A stretch of 49,317 bases of DNA, filler included, from Cladosporium halotolerans (taxonomy: Eukaryota): NCBI RefSeq assembly GCF_011745625.1. It is 2 parts of 2 records of this genome, joined end to end, with 100 filler letters (N's around TTAATTAATTAA, not from the genome) between each part and the next. Parts side by side here need not be neighbours in the genome. Positions count along the whole stretch, not along the records: positions 1 to 24,681 come from NW_027191541.1; 1 more part is not named here. One strand, 5' to 3'. Both the position numbers and the translations under genes were made by a program. Of this stretch, positions 10,104-20,600 are shown piece by piece (position 1 is the first letter of the stretch; each line of letters starts with the position of its first letter). The notes below the pieces were generated by a model. It was given only the letters and a program-made list of their open reading frames with translations. It was not told the origin of the DNA and made no database searches.

Positions 10104-10867
10104 GGAGAAATCTTGGATAATCATGATCGACGGGGCCAGGTCAGGCTTGGTGATATGGTCAGTATCGACCTTGTCACTCCAAGAACTTGAGACCTATTCG
10201 GGTGGCCGTTTCGGGTGGCAAGGGTTGAAGCAATCCCTGGCTGTGTATAGCCCTGCAGGTACTTTGAGAGCGGCCCAGTTGGCATTGTTGCTTCGTGTGT
10301 ACGACTTTATATTGATGACGGTGCGCCCCACGGCGCACTTGCGGCCACTCACGCGCTAGTTGATCAGGTGCGCCGTCAGGGTCGAAGAGAGCTCCCGACG
10401 TCTCGAGACCCCCTCCGCGCCCCTCATTCGTCATGTCCAACGACGCGAATGCTAAAAGGCAATAGCCTGCCATTTTTGGCCCCGTCAGAGCGACGTGGCC
10501 GTTGGAGAGGAAGGTGTCTGACAGCTTACAATACTTGCGTGGCTGTTCGACATTTAGGGCCGAGCATGGAGGATGTGAGTACGATGCTAACAGGTGGTGA
10601 ACAATGTCTGACGTGTCGGAATTACAGTTTTTTTTGTAATCATATTGTATACAAGCTGTTCAGCTTATGACAAGCCCGGGCTAATCCCTAGACGAATCTC
10701 TTGGTCTTCTATCTGTGCTCCTGCGTTGGTGTCATTCCTTCGATCCTGCTCGCCATCCCGACTTAGTCAAGTCGCCACGGCTTTTGGGCTCAGCGCCCTC
10801 ATACTAGCTTGTCTTTGGTTTTGCCACGTCCTCCCTCGCCGTCTGCACTCATCTCGCTTCCTTCCTG

Positions 10868-13800
10868 CTAAAGTGTCCTCTCATCGTCCGTGCCCTCCCG
10901 GTCGAGCAGACCAACGTCCCACTCGTCGAGCTCTTGCGTGCTGTTCGCCTCTGTCCTTTTCCCGACTGCTGTGCATTCGATGAACCGTAATACTGCCTCG
11001 ACAGCTGTCTCCCCGAACAGGGCCAGTAGGCCTTGCTCATTCCTTCTAGCCGATATCTTGATCTTCTTCGCTTCGAGGGCACGCAGCATCTGCTCTCGCT
11101 CTCTTCTCCATTTGCGACATTCGAGCATCAGGTGTGCCACGCTCTGTCTGCTGTTGTTACACCACCAGCATCGGGCGTTCTGCACTCTCTTTGTTCTCAT
11201 CAGATGCACGCCTGTCACTGCATGCCCGGACTTCAGCTGCAGGTATCGCGCTGACAACTCTTTTTTTGTGTCGCAGATGTGCTTGCTCAGCTTGGGTAAT
11301 GGCCTCCCGTGTACCTTTACGCATCGTTGTATGTAGGAAATCGACGCCGAACGCATGTGTCGCGGTTGTTGCCGTGCTGCTCGTCTTGCCACAGTATCGG
11401 CAGCTTTTACCCCTTCGGTCTCTCCGTCGTCAGTCAGTAATGACAGGGTCAGGCTGCGTCCATACGCTTTAAGCTGCCTGGCTTGATTGACAATCTGCTT
11501 CACCAGCGGTGGCACCCATCGACTCAGTCTGGCGACTGCTATGACTGCGTCTCGCGAAGTCGTCACAATTTCTGCGTTTTGCTTTCCCGTCTCGCGCAGG
11601 CTAGAGCCGACTTTCCCCACCGCCATGCTGATAGCGAACAGCTCTGCATCGATGACGGATAGATACCTGCCGAGCGACGCCGTCTTTGTCCTCCAGCAGC
11701 CTTGCGCTTCCCACGCGACGCCCGCTCCGAAGCTGTTGCCTTCTTTGGTGCCGTCCATGGCTCTTGCGAACAACGTGAGCCGCTCTGGCTGTCCTCCACT
11801 TCTCCGTTGTGTCGTCATGATGTCCGGGCCGCGAACCCTGACATCGATGCGCGTTTCCGGCGAGCCCAGATCTTCGAGGAGGCCGAACCCGTATTCAGTG
11901 TCGTAGGCCAGCTTCTGAGCTATTTGCTGCGCCAGCCTGCCTCCGAGTGTACGGTGTGTTTTGTCGGGGCTGAGCCAGCCGACGCTTGACAAGCGGTCTA
12001 CGGCTCCTTCGTGTCTGTACAACTGGCCCATCCGAAAGTTCGGGGGCAACAGCTGATGAGTCGGGTGGTCTTGTGCGGCAGCAAGAGCTCGCACGGCAAA
12101 CCGCGTTTGGCGATTGTCCAGCAGTTGTCCAGCACGTGGCAAGCAAGCTGCCGCGAGCAGGGTGTGGATCGGTGTAGACGACAGCATACCAGTGATAGCT
12201 CGTGCTTGACTGTTCAGTAGTACCTGCAGACGCTTGGAACGGTCTTGCTGTCCCCTCCACCACACTTCAGCTCCGTAAAGTGCGACCGAGTTGACGGCTG
12301 CCACCACTACTCTCCGCATCAGTCGCATGGTTAAGCCACCACGACTGCCACTGAGACCCTTTATCCTTTGCAAGGCACCTTTGGCACTCGCCAGTCTCTT
12401 GTCGAAGTGCGACTTGAAAGATAGCTTCTGGTCTAGCCAGAAGCCTAGCCATTTGGTCGCCCCGCGGTTGATGGGAAGCTCGTGCTGTCCAATACGCAAC
12501 GATGTTTGTCTGCTTTCCTGAAGCACTCTGCGCTGTTTGCTGAAAACTACGACTTCTGTTTTGCTGATTTCGAACTCGACTTTGTTGCGGTCTCCCCACT
12601 CGACTGCATGTTGCGCAATGCTCTCGAGCTCTCTCGCGCCTTCGCCCAGCTTGTTGCACTTCAAGACAAGGCCTATGTCGTCTACGAATGAGATCGCTTC
12701 CAGACTCGGATGCATCTCTTCGAGCCACGGGAACATGGCACTAATCGATAAGTTGAACAATACTGGCGAAGCCGGTGAGCCCTGTGGCAGGCCAGCTTGG
12801 ATGTCGTGCGTCTCCCCCGTTCTGCCGTCGATGACTAGCATCGCTCGCCTGTCAGACAAGAAAGAGTTGACCCAGCGAACAATGTTGCCAGCGATGCCAA
12901 CTTCGGTCAGACGCTCGAGCAGACGTTGCTTGTTCACTCGGTCGAAGGCGCCTTTGACGTCCAGCAGTAGGGTGAGCACAATCTGCTTCCGTTCCCACGC
13001 ATCTTCCACGATTGCCACTAGTCTTGCGACAGCGTCGGACGTGCTTCTGCCGTGACGGCAGCCGAACTGTCCTTGGTGGAAAACCTCATTTTTCTCGCAG
13101 TAAGATGCGATCCACGTAGCCGCTACCTTCTCTACCACTTTCCCCAGACAGTTCAACAGGCTGATAACGCGGTAGGCTTTTGCGATGGTGTAAGTAGGCT
13201 TGCCCTGCTTTCGCAGCAGGATACCTTTGGCAATCTTCCAGCAGTGTGGGTGGTATCCTGCGCTAATGCACCCTCTGATGAGGGCCACTACTCTATCGGC
13301 ATCCCACTGCCACAGCAATCTGAGCGCGCGAAAACCGAGCTTGTCGACACCTGGTGCTTTCTTGACCGACTGTGCGAAGAGCGCTTCTTGCACGTCTCTT
13401 TTTCCGACCTCCGCTATTGTGTTTGGAATGAGGTTGTCGGCGTTCGTGCTCGCTTGATAAGGGAAAGCTTGTTTCATGAAGATCTCTTCTTTCTCTTCTG
13501 CTGACGCCGCAATGCCGATCAGCTCTCCATCATCCCCAATTATCTTGATTGCTGGGGTGTATGAAGGCGTTTGTGGCTTGGTGTACCGGAGTGCACGCCA
13601 ACAACGATGGCTGTCAGTCGTAGTCTGAGCCTCTTCGTCGGTGGGTAGCACTCCTTCCAAGAAGCGTTCCCAAGCCTCTCGTTTCGCGCGTCGGATACAG
13701 CTGTAGTAGTCGTTCCTGGTTCGGCGGTACTGCGGTTGTGAGGAGAGGTCCTCTCGTAGCGCTCGTTTTGCTACGTTGAACTTCTTCCTCTCTTCCTTGA

Positions 13801-14749
13801 CTTCGTCGGTCCACCACCGCTTTGACCGGGCGTGTACCGGTTTCGGCGGCGCGTGCCTGTTCAAGACGCATGTCAGGCTGCCTTGTATCCACTGCGCCTC
13901 GGCTTCGAGCTCTTCTTCAGCTGGCTCTGCCGAAACGTGTCGCCTGCTCTCGGAAATCTGCTTCCAGTGGCCGGCTGCTTGCTTGAGTCGCTCTCCATCG
14001 GCGCAAAGATCGTCGATGTTCCAGCTCAACATCGGCCTCGCTTCTAGTCCGCTCGCCTGCGAGCTAAGTGGGCTCCACGAGAAGATTATGACTGCATGAT
14101 CTGAAGGTGTCGCAAAATCCTCGTCAATGTACCACGTCTGCAGCGCCCCAACGCTCGGCGTGCTGAGTGTCAGGTCAATTACTGACTTGCTCCTTGGGCC
14201 GCATCTTGTCGGCTGGTCGGTGTTGTTCACGATCAGGTTGTAATCTCCGATGAGGCCTTCGGTGGGGCCGGCGTTGTGACGGCCCTCTACCCAAGGGTCC
14301 CACGCGGGACTTCGGGAGTTGAAGTCGCCTGCCACAATCGTCCTTCCTTGGATCAGCCGTCGGAAGTCGATGCGGTTGATCGCATACCCTCCGCCATCCA
14401 TTCTTGCTCTGTTGTAGATGTTCACCACCCTTGTCATTCGCACCTTCTGCCGGCGCTGCGTTTCCCAGATGTCTAAGCACTGCACACACGGGTGGTCGAC
14501 AAGGTCGGTTCTTTCTTCGAAAACGTACCTGTCCAGTACGTCTACACGGATAGCCAGCGCCACCCTTATCTCTCTATTCTCGCCTTCCGGCCAACGTATC
14601 TGGAAGCCGGGGTGGCTGATCTGATGTTTTCGGCCAACGTATGGTTCTTGCAAGATCACCACCTCGGCCCGTCGTTCGATGGCTGCTTCAAGGGCTGTCG
14701 TCGTTGTTACTGCCGTGCTATTGCAATTATGTTGTAGCACTATCATCAC
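10868..14749 (-). CDS. LINE ORF2: AP endonuclease, reverse transcriptase, RNase H-like domain, C-terminal CCHC
   Basis: APE motifs LQHN, LQEP, GDFNS, IDLT, SDH. RT motifs LLDVKGAFD, GLPQGSP, FVDD. DAELFAI for RNase H; CWWC...HLMLEC. 1293 aa, uninterrupted. Confidence 0.97.
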   Translation of the reverse strand: MMIVLQHNCNSTAVTTTTALEAAIERRAEVVILQEPYVGRKHQISHPGFQIRWPEGENREIRVALAIRVDVLDRYVFEERTDLVDHPCVQCLDIWETQRRQKVRMTRVVNIYNRARMDGGGYAINRIDFRRLIQGRTIVAGDFNSRSPAWDPWVEGRHNAGPTEGLIGDYNLIVNNTDQPTRCGPRSKSVIDLTLSTPSVGALQTWYIDEDFATPSDHAVIIFSWSPLSSQASGLEARPMLSWNIDDLCADGERLKQAAGHWKQISESRRHVSAEPAEEELEAEAQWIQGSLTCVLNRHAPPKPVHARSKRWWTDEVKEERKKFNVAKRALREDLSSQPQYRRTRNDYYSCIRRAKREAWERFLEGVLPTDEEAQTTTDSHRCWRALRYTKPQTPSYTPAIKIIGDDGELIGIAASAEEKEEIFMKQAFPYQASTNADNLIPNTIAEVGKRDVQEALFAQSVKKAPGVDKLGFRALRLLWQWDADRVVALIRGCISAGYHPHCWKIAKGILLRKQGKPTYTIAKAYRVISLLNCLGKVVEKVAATWIASYCEKNEVFHQGQFGCRHGRSTSDAVARLVAIVEDAWERKQIVLTLLLDVKGAFDRVNKQRLLERLTEVGIAGNIVRWVNSFLSDRRAMLVIDGRTGETHDIQAGLPQGSPASPVLFNLSISAMFPWLEEMHPSLEAISFVDDIGLVLKCNKLGEGARELESIAQHAVEWGDRNKVEFEISKTEVVVFSKQRRVLQESRQTSLRIGQHELPINRGATKWLGFWLDQKLSFKSHFDKRLASAKGALQRIKGLSGSRGGLTMRLMRRVVVAAVNSVALYGAEVWWRGQQDRSKRLQVLLNSQARAITGMLSSTPIHTLLAAACLPRAGQLLDNRQTRFAVRALAAAQDHPTHQLLPPNFRMGQLYRHEGAVDRLSSVGWLSPDKTHRTLGGRLAQQIAQKLAYDTEYGFGLLEDLGSPETRIDVRVRGPDIMTTQRRSGGQPERLTLFARAMDGTKEGNSFGAGVAWEAQGCWRTKTASLGRYLSVIDAELFAISMAVGKVGSSLRETGKQNAEIVTTSRDAVIAVARLSRWVPPLVKQIVNQARQLKAYGRSLTLSLLTDDGETEGVKAADTVARRAARQQPRHMRSASISYIQRCVKVHGRPLPKLSKHICDTKKELSARYLQLKSGHAVTGVHLMRTKRVQNARCWWCNNSRQSVAHLMLECRKWRREREQMLRALEAKKIKISARRNEQGLLALFGETAVEAVLRFIECTAVGKRTEANSTQELDEWDVGLLDREGTDDERTL

Positions 14750-16528
14750 TAATGGTCATTGGGGTGATTCTTCGCTGTCTCGGAGTCGGGGAGGAAGACT
14801 CGACGTCCGATCCGATGTCCATCTCGAAGGCCAGAGATTCTCCATTCCACCCTGCCGCCGGGGCGGGTGGGTTCACTACCGGTGTCTTTGGCAGCGATGG
14901 GGTCGATCTTGGCTCGCTAGGTCGGTCTGGATGACCCGAGTTTTGTGCGTGCCCCTCCGTAATATCAGAGCATATTGCCTCCTCTGGGGCTTTCTGAAGC
15001 GGGCTTTGTCCTTCTGTCACTTCGGTTCTTTTACGTTGTCGTTGCTGCCACTTTTCAGGACAACCCTTCGAAGTCGCCATATGCTTGCCTCCACAGTTCA
15101 CGCACTTTGCGGCGTGGTGCTCGCATGGCGCCGACTTCTTTTCGCAGCCCTTCACTTGACAGCGATGTTCCGTTCCTTCGTGCTCTCCCGCGCAGACGTA
15201 GCATTTTGCTGCTTCTTTGCACTTGCCGAAGTGATCGTGCCCGCAACATTGCATACATATCCCTCCTTCTCCCTTCGTCCAGAATTTCTCGGCCTCATGC
15301 CGTCTGCCTCCGAACGAGAGGCCCTTGGCCATGATGGTGTCGGCGGCATTCTTACTTTTCACAGTCACTACCAACGTCGAGCGGGTGACTTCTTCACTGT
15401 GATACCTTTCTTCCAATCCCTCAGCCCTGATCCATCGAGGTGCGTACGGTAACGACTCGCCGGTCATCAGTTCGATCTCTTCCTTCGCTAAGTCGAGACC
15501 TCCGTCTCCCAGGTAGCGGTCTAGCGACACTCCGTGCACACGCAGCTGGCGCCACTTTTCGGTCTTTTCGAGCTTGACCACAGCCGGGTCAAGCTTGCGA
15601 GCTGCCGCTGTCACTACAACTGCGTGCTCGAGCATATCATCAGCGCTCGCATATTCGGACGTGAGCCCTGACAGGTGACCTCTTCTTGTGTACCTTAGTC
15701 CTGCAAGTCGCGTTGACACATCTGTTCCAACCTGTGCAAGTGCTTTGTTTACGGCAAGCATCACATCTCTTGGGTCTGTCTGCTGGGCTCGATCTTGCTC
15801 GATCGGGACCTGTCTCAGTAGTAGTACTCGTCTTTGGTCCATAGGGTGTTTCTTGGGCGTCTTCTTCGTTGCTGGTGTTTTTCTCCGTCCGCTGACCGTC
15901 GTCCACTCATTCGTCTTATGCGTTGTACCGCTGAGCCTGGCCGCCCAGTTTTGGCTGGGGATATCTCTTGGCTGTGAAGTAGACTGTGTTTCTGACCTCG
16001 CCTGTTGTGGTTCAGGCACTGCCTTGTTGCTGCACTTCAAGCATCTAGGCACCGTCTTAGACGACTGCTCAAGGAGTTTCTGGAGTAAAACCCTCCTCTC
16101 GCTTTTCGGCTTTGCCCTGGATCATTTCCATCACCTCATTCATCATCTTCGTCATCTGTATCTGAGGCTGGGCTATCCAATCTTTCAGTTCCTCGCGGGC
16201 ACATTGTATGCTGTTCAGAGGTGTGGCAAGTTGCCTCGTCGATCACCACCTCTACTACTTGCGCAATGTCACCGATGGGGAAGTCGAGCACCGAGCCTTC
16301 ATCCGCACGACGTTTCTTCGGGCTTCGGAAGATTGGCCTAACCGCGTTCGCTCCATTTGGAGTTTGTCTGGCCTCTTCATGGTCTCCCCATCCGGATCCA
16401 GGGGTAATTCGTTCCTCACAAGAGTCTCTGATTGGTTGGGGCAACCCCGCGTTCGCAAGAATTCCATGAACGTCGTGCCGAGGGGGTCCTGCTCCACCTT
16501 TGTCAGGCGATAGCACTCCCGCCTGCAT
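14727..16528 (-). pseudogene. LINE ORF1 (gag-like, three Cys/His knuckles) with two frameshifts near 16210 and 16100
   Basis: MQAGVLSP... (16528) shifts to QCAREELKDWIAQPQIQMTKMMNEVMEMIQGKAEKR and then to RVLLQKLLEQSSKTVPRCLKC. Knuckles CMQCCGHDHFGKC, CYVCAGEH..HRC, CVNCGGKH..C. Overlaps ORF2 by 23 nt. Confidence 0.85.
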
Positions 16529-17003
16529 GGCAGCAGGTGCTTTGATGATGTCGCTCTCCTCTCCTCGCTCCGCGCTTCACAATGATGTAAAAACTGACTT
16601 TGTCCGTGACAAAGTCGTAAACGAGTTTCCCGGAATTACAGTAATCTTCAGTCAGTGCCATTCTGAGTAAAGGTCTTGCCAGAAACTCGCATCTAATGTA
16701 GCCGTATTTGGCACAACCATCTAAAGCCCTCTAGACAAGCTGTCGATGGGGCTTTCATCTATCTGCGCATGCTGACCAGTCCAGAGGTCATTCTCGTATG
16801 AATCCGACCATAAGCATCTTATCGCCGGCTGCAGCACTCCATGACAACGGAATGATCGCGTGGGTGCATCATCTCCGAGGGGTTCCACAATTGGCAATAC
16901 CTTGAAGGCTGCAATGTACACATCACTTCGGCTGGGCTGAACTTGATGAATGACGCGTGAATACTGTCCAGCGTGACGGTCGAAAGTCCAGGTGCCTTGC
17001 AGC

Positions 17004-17404
17004 CAGGGCGTCCAGCAATCAATCACTTTTAATTCAATTCAATCATTTTTGATTGATCAATCAATCAATCAGGGCTTCGAGGAAACCCCAACCAATCGAA
17101 CTGAGAGGGCGGATTGTTGATTGATTGATTGAATGTCTAGGGAGACTTATATAGGTGCCTGGAAGGTGTGATTTTCGGGGGATTTCCTCCAACCCCAACC
17201 CTAACCCTGAGATAAAGCTAGCACGGATCGGTACGAGCCATCGCGTCTTACCCGATAAAGAAGAGTCCTGCACTTAGCCGATTTGTCCAATCAAGTAATC
17301 AATCGGTCCCCCGAGCTTCAATCAATCAATCGGCACCTCTCGAATTCTCCAATCAATCAATTCGGGAGCTCGGATTGAATCTTGATTGATTGCTGGACAC
17401 CCTG
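17004..17404. mobile_element. 401-bp non-autonomous hAT-type element (MITE)
   Basis: 22-bp TIRs CAGGG(C/T)GTCCAGCAATCAATCA with one mismatch. 8-bp TSD CTTGCAGC at 16996-17003 and 17405-17412. Many subterminal CAAT/ATTG repeats; no ORF. Confidence 0.95.
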
Positions 17405-17451
17405 CTTGCAGCTTGTATGTTTGTTCGAGTTGGAGTATCGAGCATAGAAGA

Positions 17452-17615
17452 TGTTGGGAATCGTCGTCTAACGTTGTGTCTGTCCGTATATCTGCTATCG
17501 AGGTAAAGACTGTATATATCTAGCTAACCTGAAACACTAGCGTGTGATACGCAGATCACAGCTGCAGAGTTTAGGGGCAAGCACCTAGTGTCACGATCCT
17601 TCTTCAACCGTTACA
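17452..17615 (-). repeat. 3' LTR of the copia element
   Basis: 163/164 identical to 22692-22855. Confidence 0.97.
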
Positions 17616-17622
17616 CACCCCC

Positions 17623-20600
17623 TCATCCTGTAGTCAGTTGACGTAAGGATGAACTATCCGATATCTCTCTTTCCATTTCTCGAACGTTGGAGCGTATATC
17701 TACAAGATGTAGCTGTTGAATGAATTCGGTATGCTTCTGGTGTGGAAGCATCTTTGTCATGCCATCAGCGGGCATTTGAGACGTAGGTCTCCATTGCACG
17801 TGGAGGCGGTGATGTTTGACTTCCTGGCGGACCCAGCTCTGGTGGATGTCAACGTGTTTGAGTTTGGTGCTGAGTCTGTCCTGGTCTTTTGTGACTATTC
17901 CTACAGTCTGTTGGTTGTCACACCAGATGATAGGTGTTTGGTTGAGGTTTGATGAAATTGGGTGTTAAAGAGTTGATTGTGCTGTGTATCTACTGCTGGG
18001 GCCATCCACTGCTTTATACCTGCAGTGGGTCTGTGGCGGTCTGGATGCTCTTGTCCGGCAGTCTTCAACAAGGTTCAGGTACAACCCCCTGAATAGGCGG
18101 CACCATTCTTCCATCTCTGATCCAACAAGGGATAGAGCAAGCAGCTCTGCTTCGGTTGTAGACTTCGTGACGGTGCGTTGGAGCGTTGACTTCCAGTCAA
18201 CAGTCATGCCAAATAGCTGGAAGACGTATCCCTGAGAGCTTTGGCGAGTCTCAACATCGTCAGCAAAGGCAGCATCTGATGCTCCAAAGAAGATAGGGTC
18301 ACGATATTCCTGCGGTGTTGTCAGATATTCTTGGATCCCTCCTTCGTCGGCAGCTTGTGCCTGTAAGGCCAAGTACTTTGTCCGTAGTATGTGGCGCCAC
18401 ACTCTTCTCACAGACTCAAGGTGAGACTGACCAGGATTGGTCAGATGAGATGCGTGAATAACGTGTGCGCGTGCTAGATCTGGTCGAGTGTACTGTGTCA
18501 GGAAGGCAAGATGCCCCACAAGCTCCTGATAAGTCTTTGTTCGCGCCTTGTTTGGCTCTTCGGTAGACTGTTCGAGGTAGTTCACTAGCATAGGCACCCC
18601 TGAGTGGCGGCCTGTCGAGATGATATTGAACTTGGCAGCAACTTTGTCAATGTAGGCGTCCTGAACCAAGTGGATAGTGCGTGCGTTGCGATCCCGAACG
18701 ACGCGTATGCCTAAGAACCATTTGAGTGGGCCAAGGCATTTCAGGTTGTAGCGCTCATTGAGTTTCTTCTCGAAGGCTTCATGAAGTTCTCGGTTCTTAG
18801 GGTGGAAGGCCATGACAATGTCGTCAACATAGACGAACAAGATCAGCCAGCTATTGACGTAGACGCATGGGAACCCTGGAATTGGCGTGACGCCAAGGGA
18901 CTTCAGAGTTTCTCTCAGGTCCTTGTACCAGAGAAGCGGTGATTCCTTCAGCCCGTAGAGCGCTCTCAAAACCTGAAGCAGTTCTCCATCTTTCTTGAAA
19001 CCGTCTGGTGTCTCGGCGTAAAGCGTTCGATCAAGTGTAGCATTCAGGAATGCATTCGGTACGTCGTACTGGGTCAGTTCCAGTCCAAATTGGTTGGATA
19101 TTGCAACGAGTGCTCTGAATGTTCGAGCTGCCAAAGTAGCAGCATAGGTGTCTCCATATGGCTGCTGTAGGTCTCCTCGTAGAACAAGTCGTGCTTTAAA
19201 GCGACAAAGATAACCATCTTCATCAAATTTGTATGTGAATACCCACATCAAGGGTAACACTTCAGCGTCAGCAGTCTCTGCCGTGTGTTCTGTTTTCGCG
19301 AAACATCCTTTGCTCCAGATCTCGCGGTACTCTTTCTGTGCAGCATTCCGGAACTGTTCACCAAATGTATGGTGTTCGCGCTCTCGATATGATCGAGGAG
19401 CCTCAGGGACCTGCGTCCGGTGTATCTTTGTTGTTGACTCCGTCGAGAAGGTGGTCGAGAAAGCTTTGAGGTAATTATCGACCGATTTCCCATACGTAGC
19501 AGCATGAGTGTGCCATCTGCCTGGATCTTGGATGTTGGCATTAATACGAGTCCGTCGTGGGCCTTCGATGATGTTGCCTTCGTCAAGATCGAGATTCCGA
19601 CGTCTTGGTGCATTGTTCTCATACCGATCAGGTAGGTAACCTTCGATTTGGGTTGCAGAGAGATCCTGGGATTCTGTTGCAAGGTGTCGTTCCTCGTGAG
19701 CTGGTAGCTCTGAATCTCGCTCTGGGGATAGGGGTCCATCTTGCCTATTGGTTCGATCGGAAGCTAAAGACCTGTCTCGTTCGTCTGAAGCCGATGATCC
19801 TGGAGTCAACAGCCCTTTGTCGGAGCAATCCTTGTCCTTTTCTGTTCTTTCACCCCCCACCTCTGATGATGAAGGTGTAGGTAAGGTCGAGCCTTCTGGG
19901 CGACGACGCTGTCGAGAGGTTAACAAGTCTTCGATTGCCAAATCGTCATCCTCGGGTTCTTCTGGAAAAGCCAGAAGCTTGATCACTTCTTCGATGACTG
20001 CTTCGTGAGCGTATCGCTCCAGGTTCTTGTAGAATCTTGCAGGTTCAAAGACGACGTCTCGAGTGCGGATCACCTCGTCTCTTGTAGGCAGCCAGATCCT
20101 GAAGATGTTGGTAGAGTCATATCCGACCAAATGTCCGATCAACGCTCTGGACTCGAGCTTGTCCGCACGTTTCAGGGAGCGATTGAGTACATAGGCTTGA
20201 CAGCCTATTGGCTGCATGTGATGAACCTTCGGCCTCGTCTTCCACACGACTTCGTATGGCGTCTTCCACTGCAGGGCTTCTGTCGGTGTTCGGTTCAAAA
20301 CATACGCGGCTGTCCGAATCAGCTCATGCGATAGGGACTTCGGCAGTCCCGATTGGATCCTCATGGCTCTGGCTCGAATGACGAGCAGCGATCCTGCCCG
20401 TTCCGCAAGGCCATTCTGCTCCTCTGTGTGCTCAGCTCTCGGCTCGTACCGGATACCAAGGTCTTTGCAGAGTTCCTCTAGCACATTTGGTGTAGTACCA
20501 TAGCCACGCTCGTTGTCTGTCTTGATGGCTGTAACGTCGTAGTTGAAGACACGCTGTATCATGCGTACATTCTGGACCATCCATCGATTCAAGAAAGGTT

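Larger units (their letters stand above)
10629..16630 (-). mobile_element. Full-length (~6.0 kb) Tad-clade-like non-LTR retrotransposon (LINE)
   Basis: Target-site duplication CGGAATTACAGT at 10617-10628 and 16631-16642. Short poly(A) (T-run 10628-10635). Gag-like ORF1 overlaps APE-RT-RNaseH ORF2. Confidence 0.97.

Noticed and set aside
16087..16093. GGGTTTT slippery heptamer (minus strand) as a programmed -1 frameshift in LINE ORF1
   Set aside because: A -1 slip enters a frame that soon stops; the gag frame needs the opposite shift.
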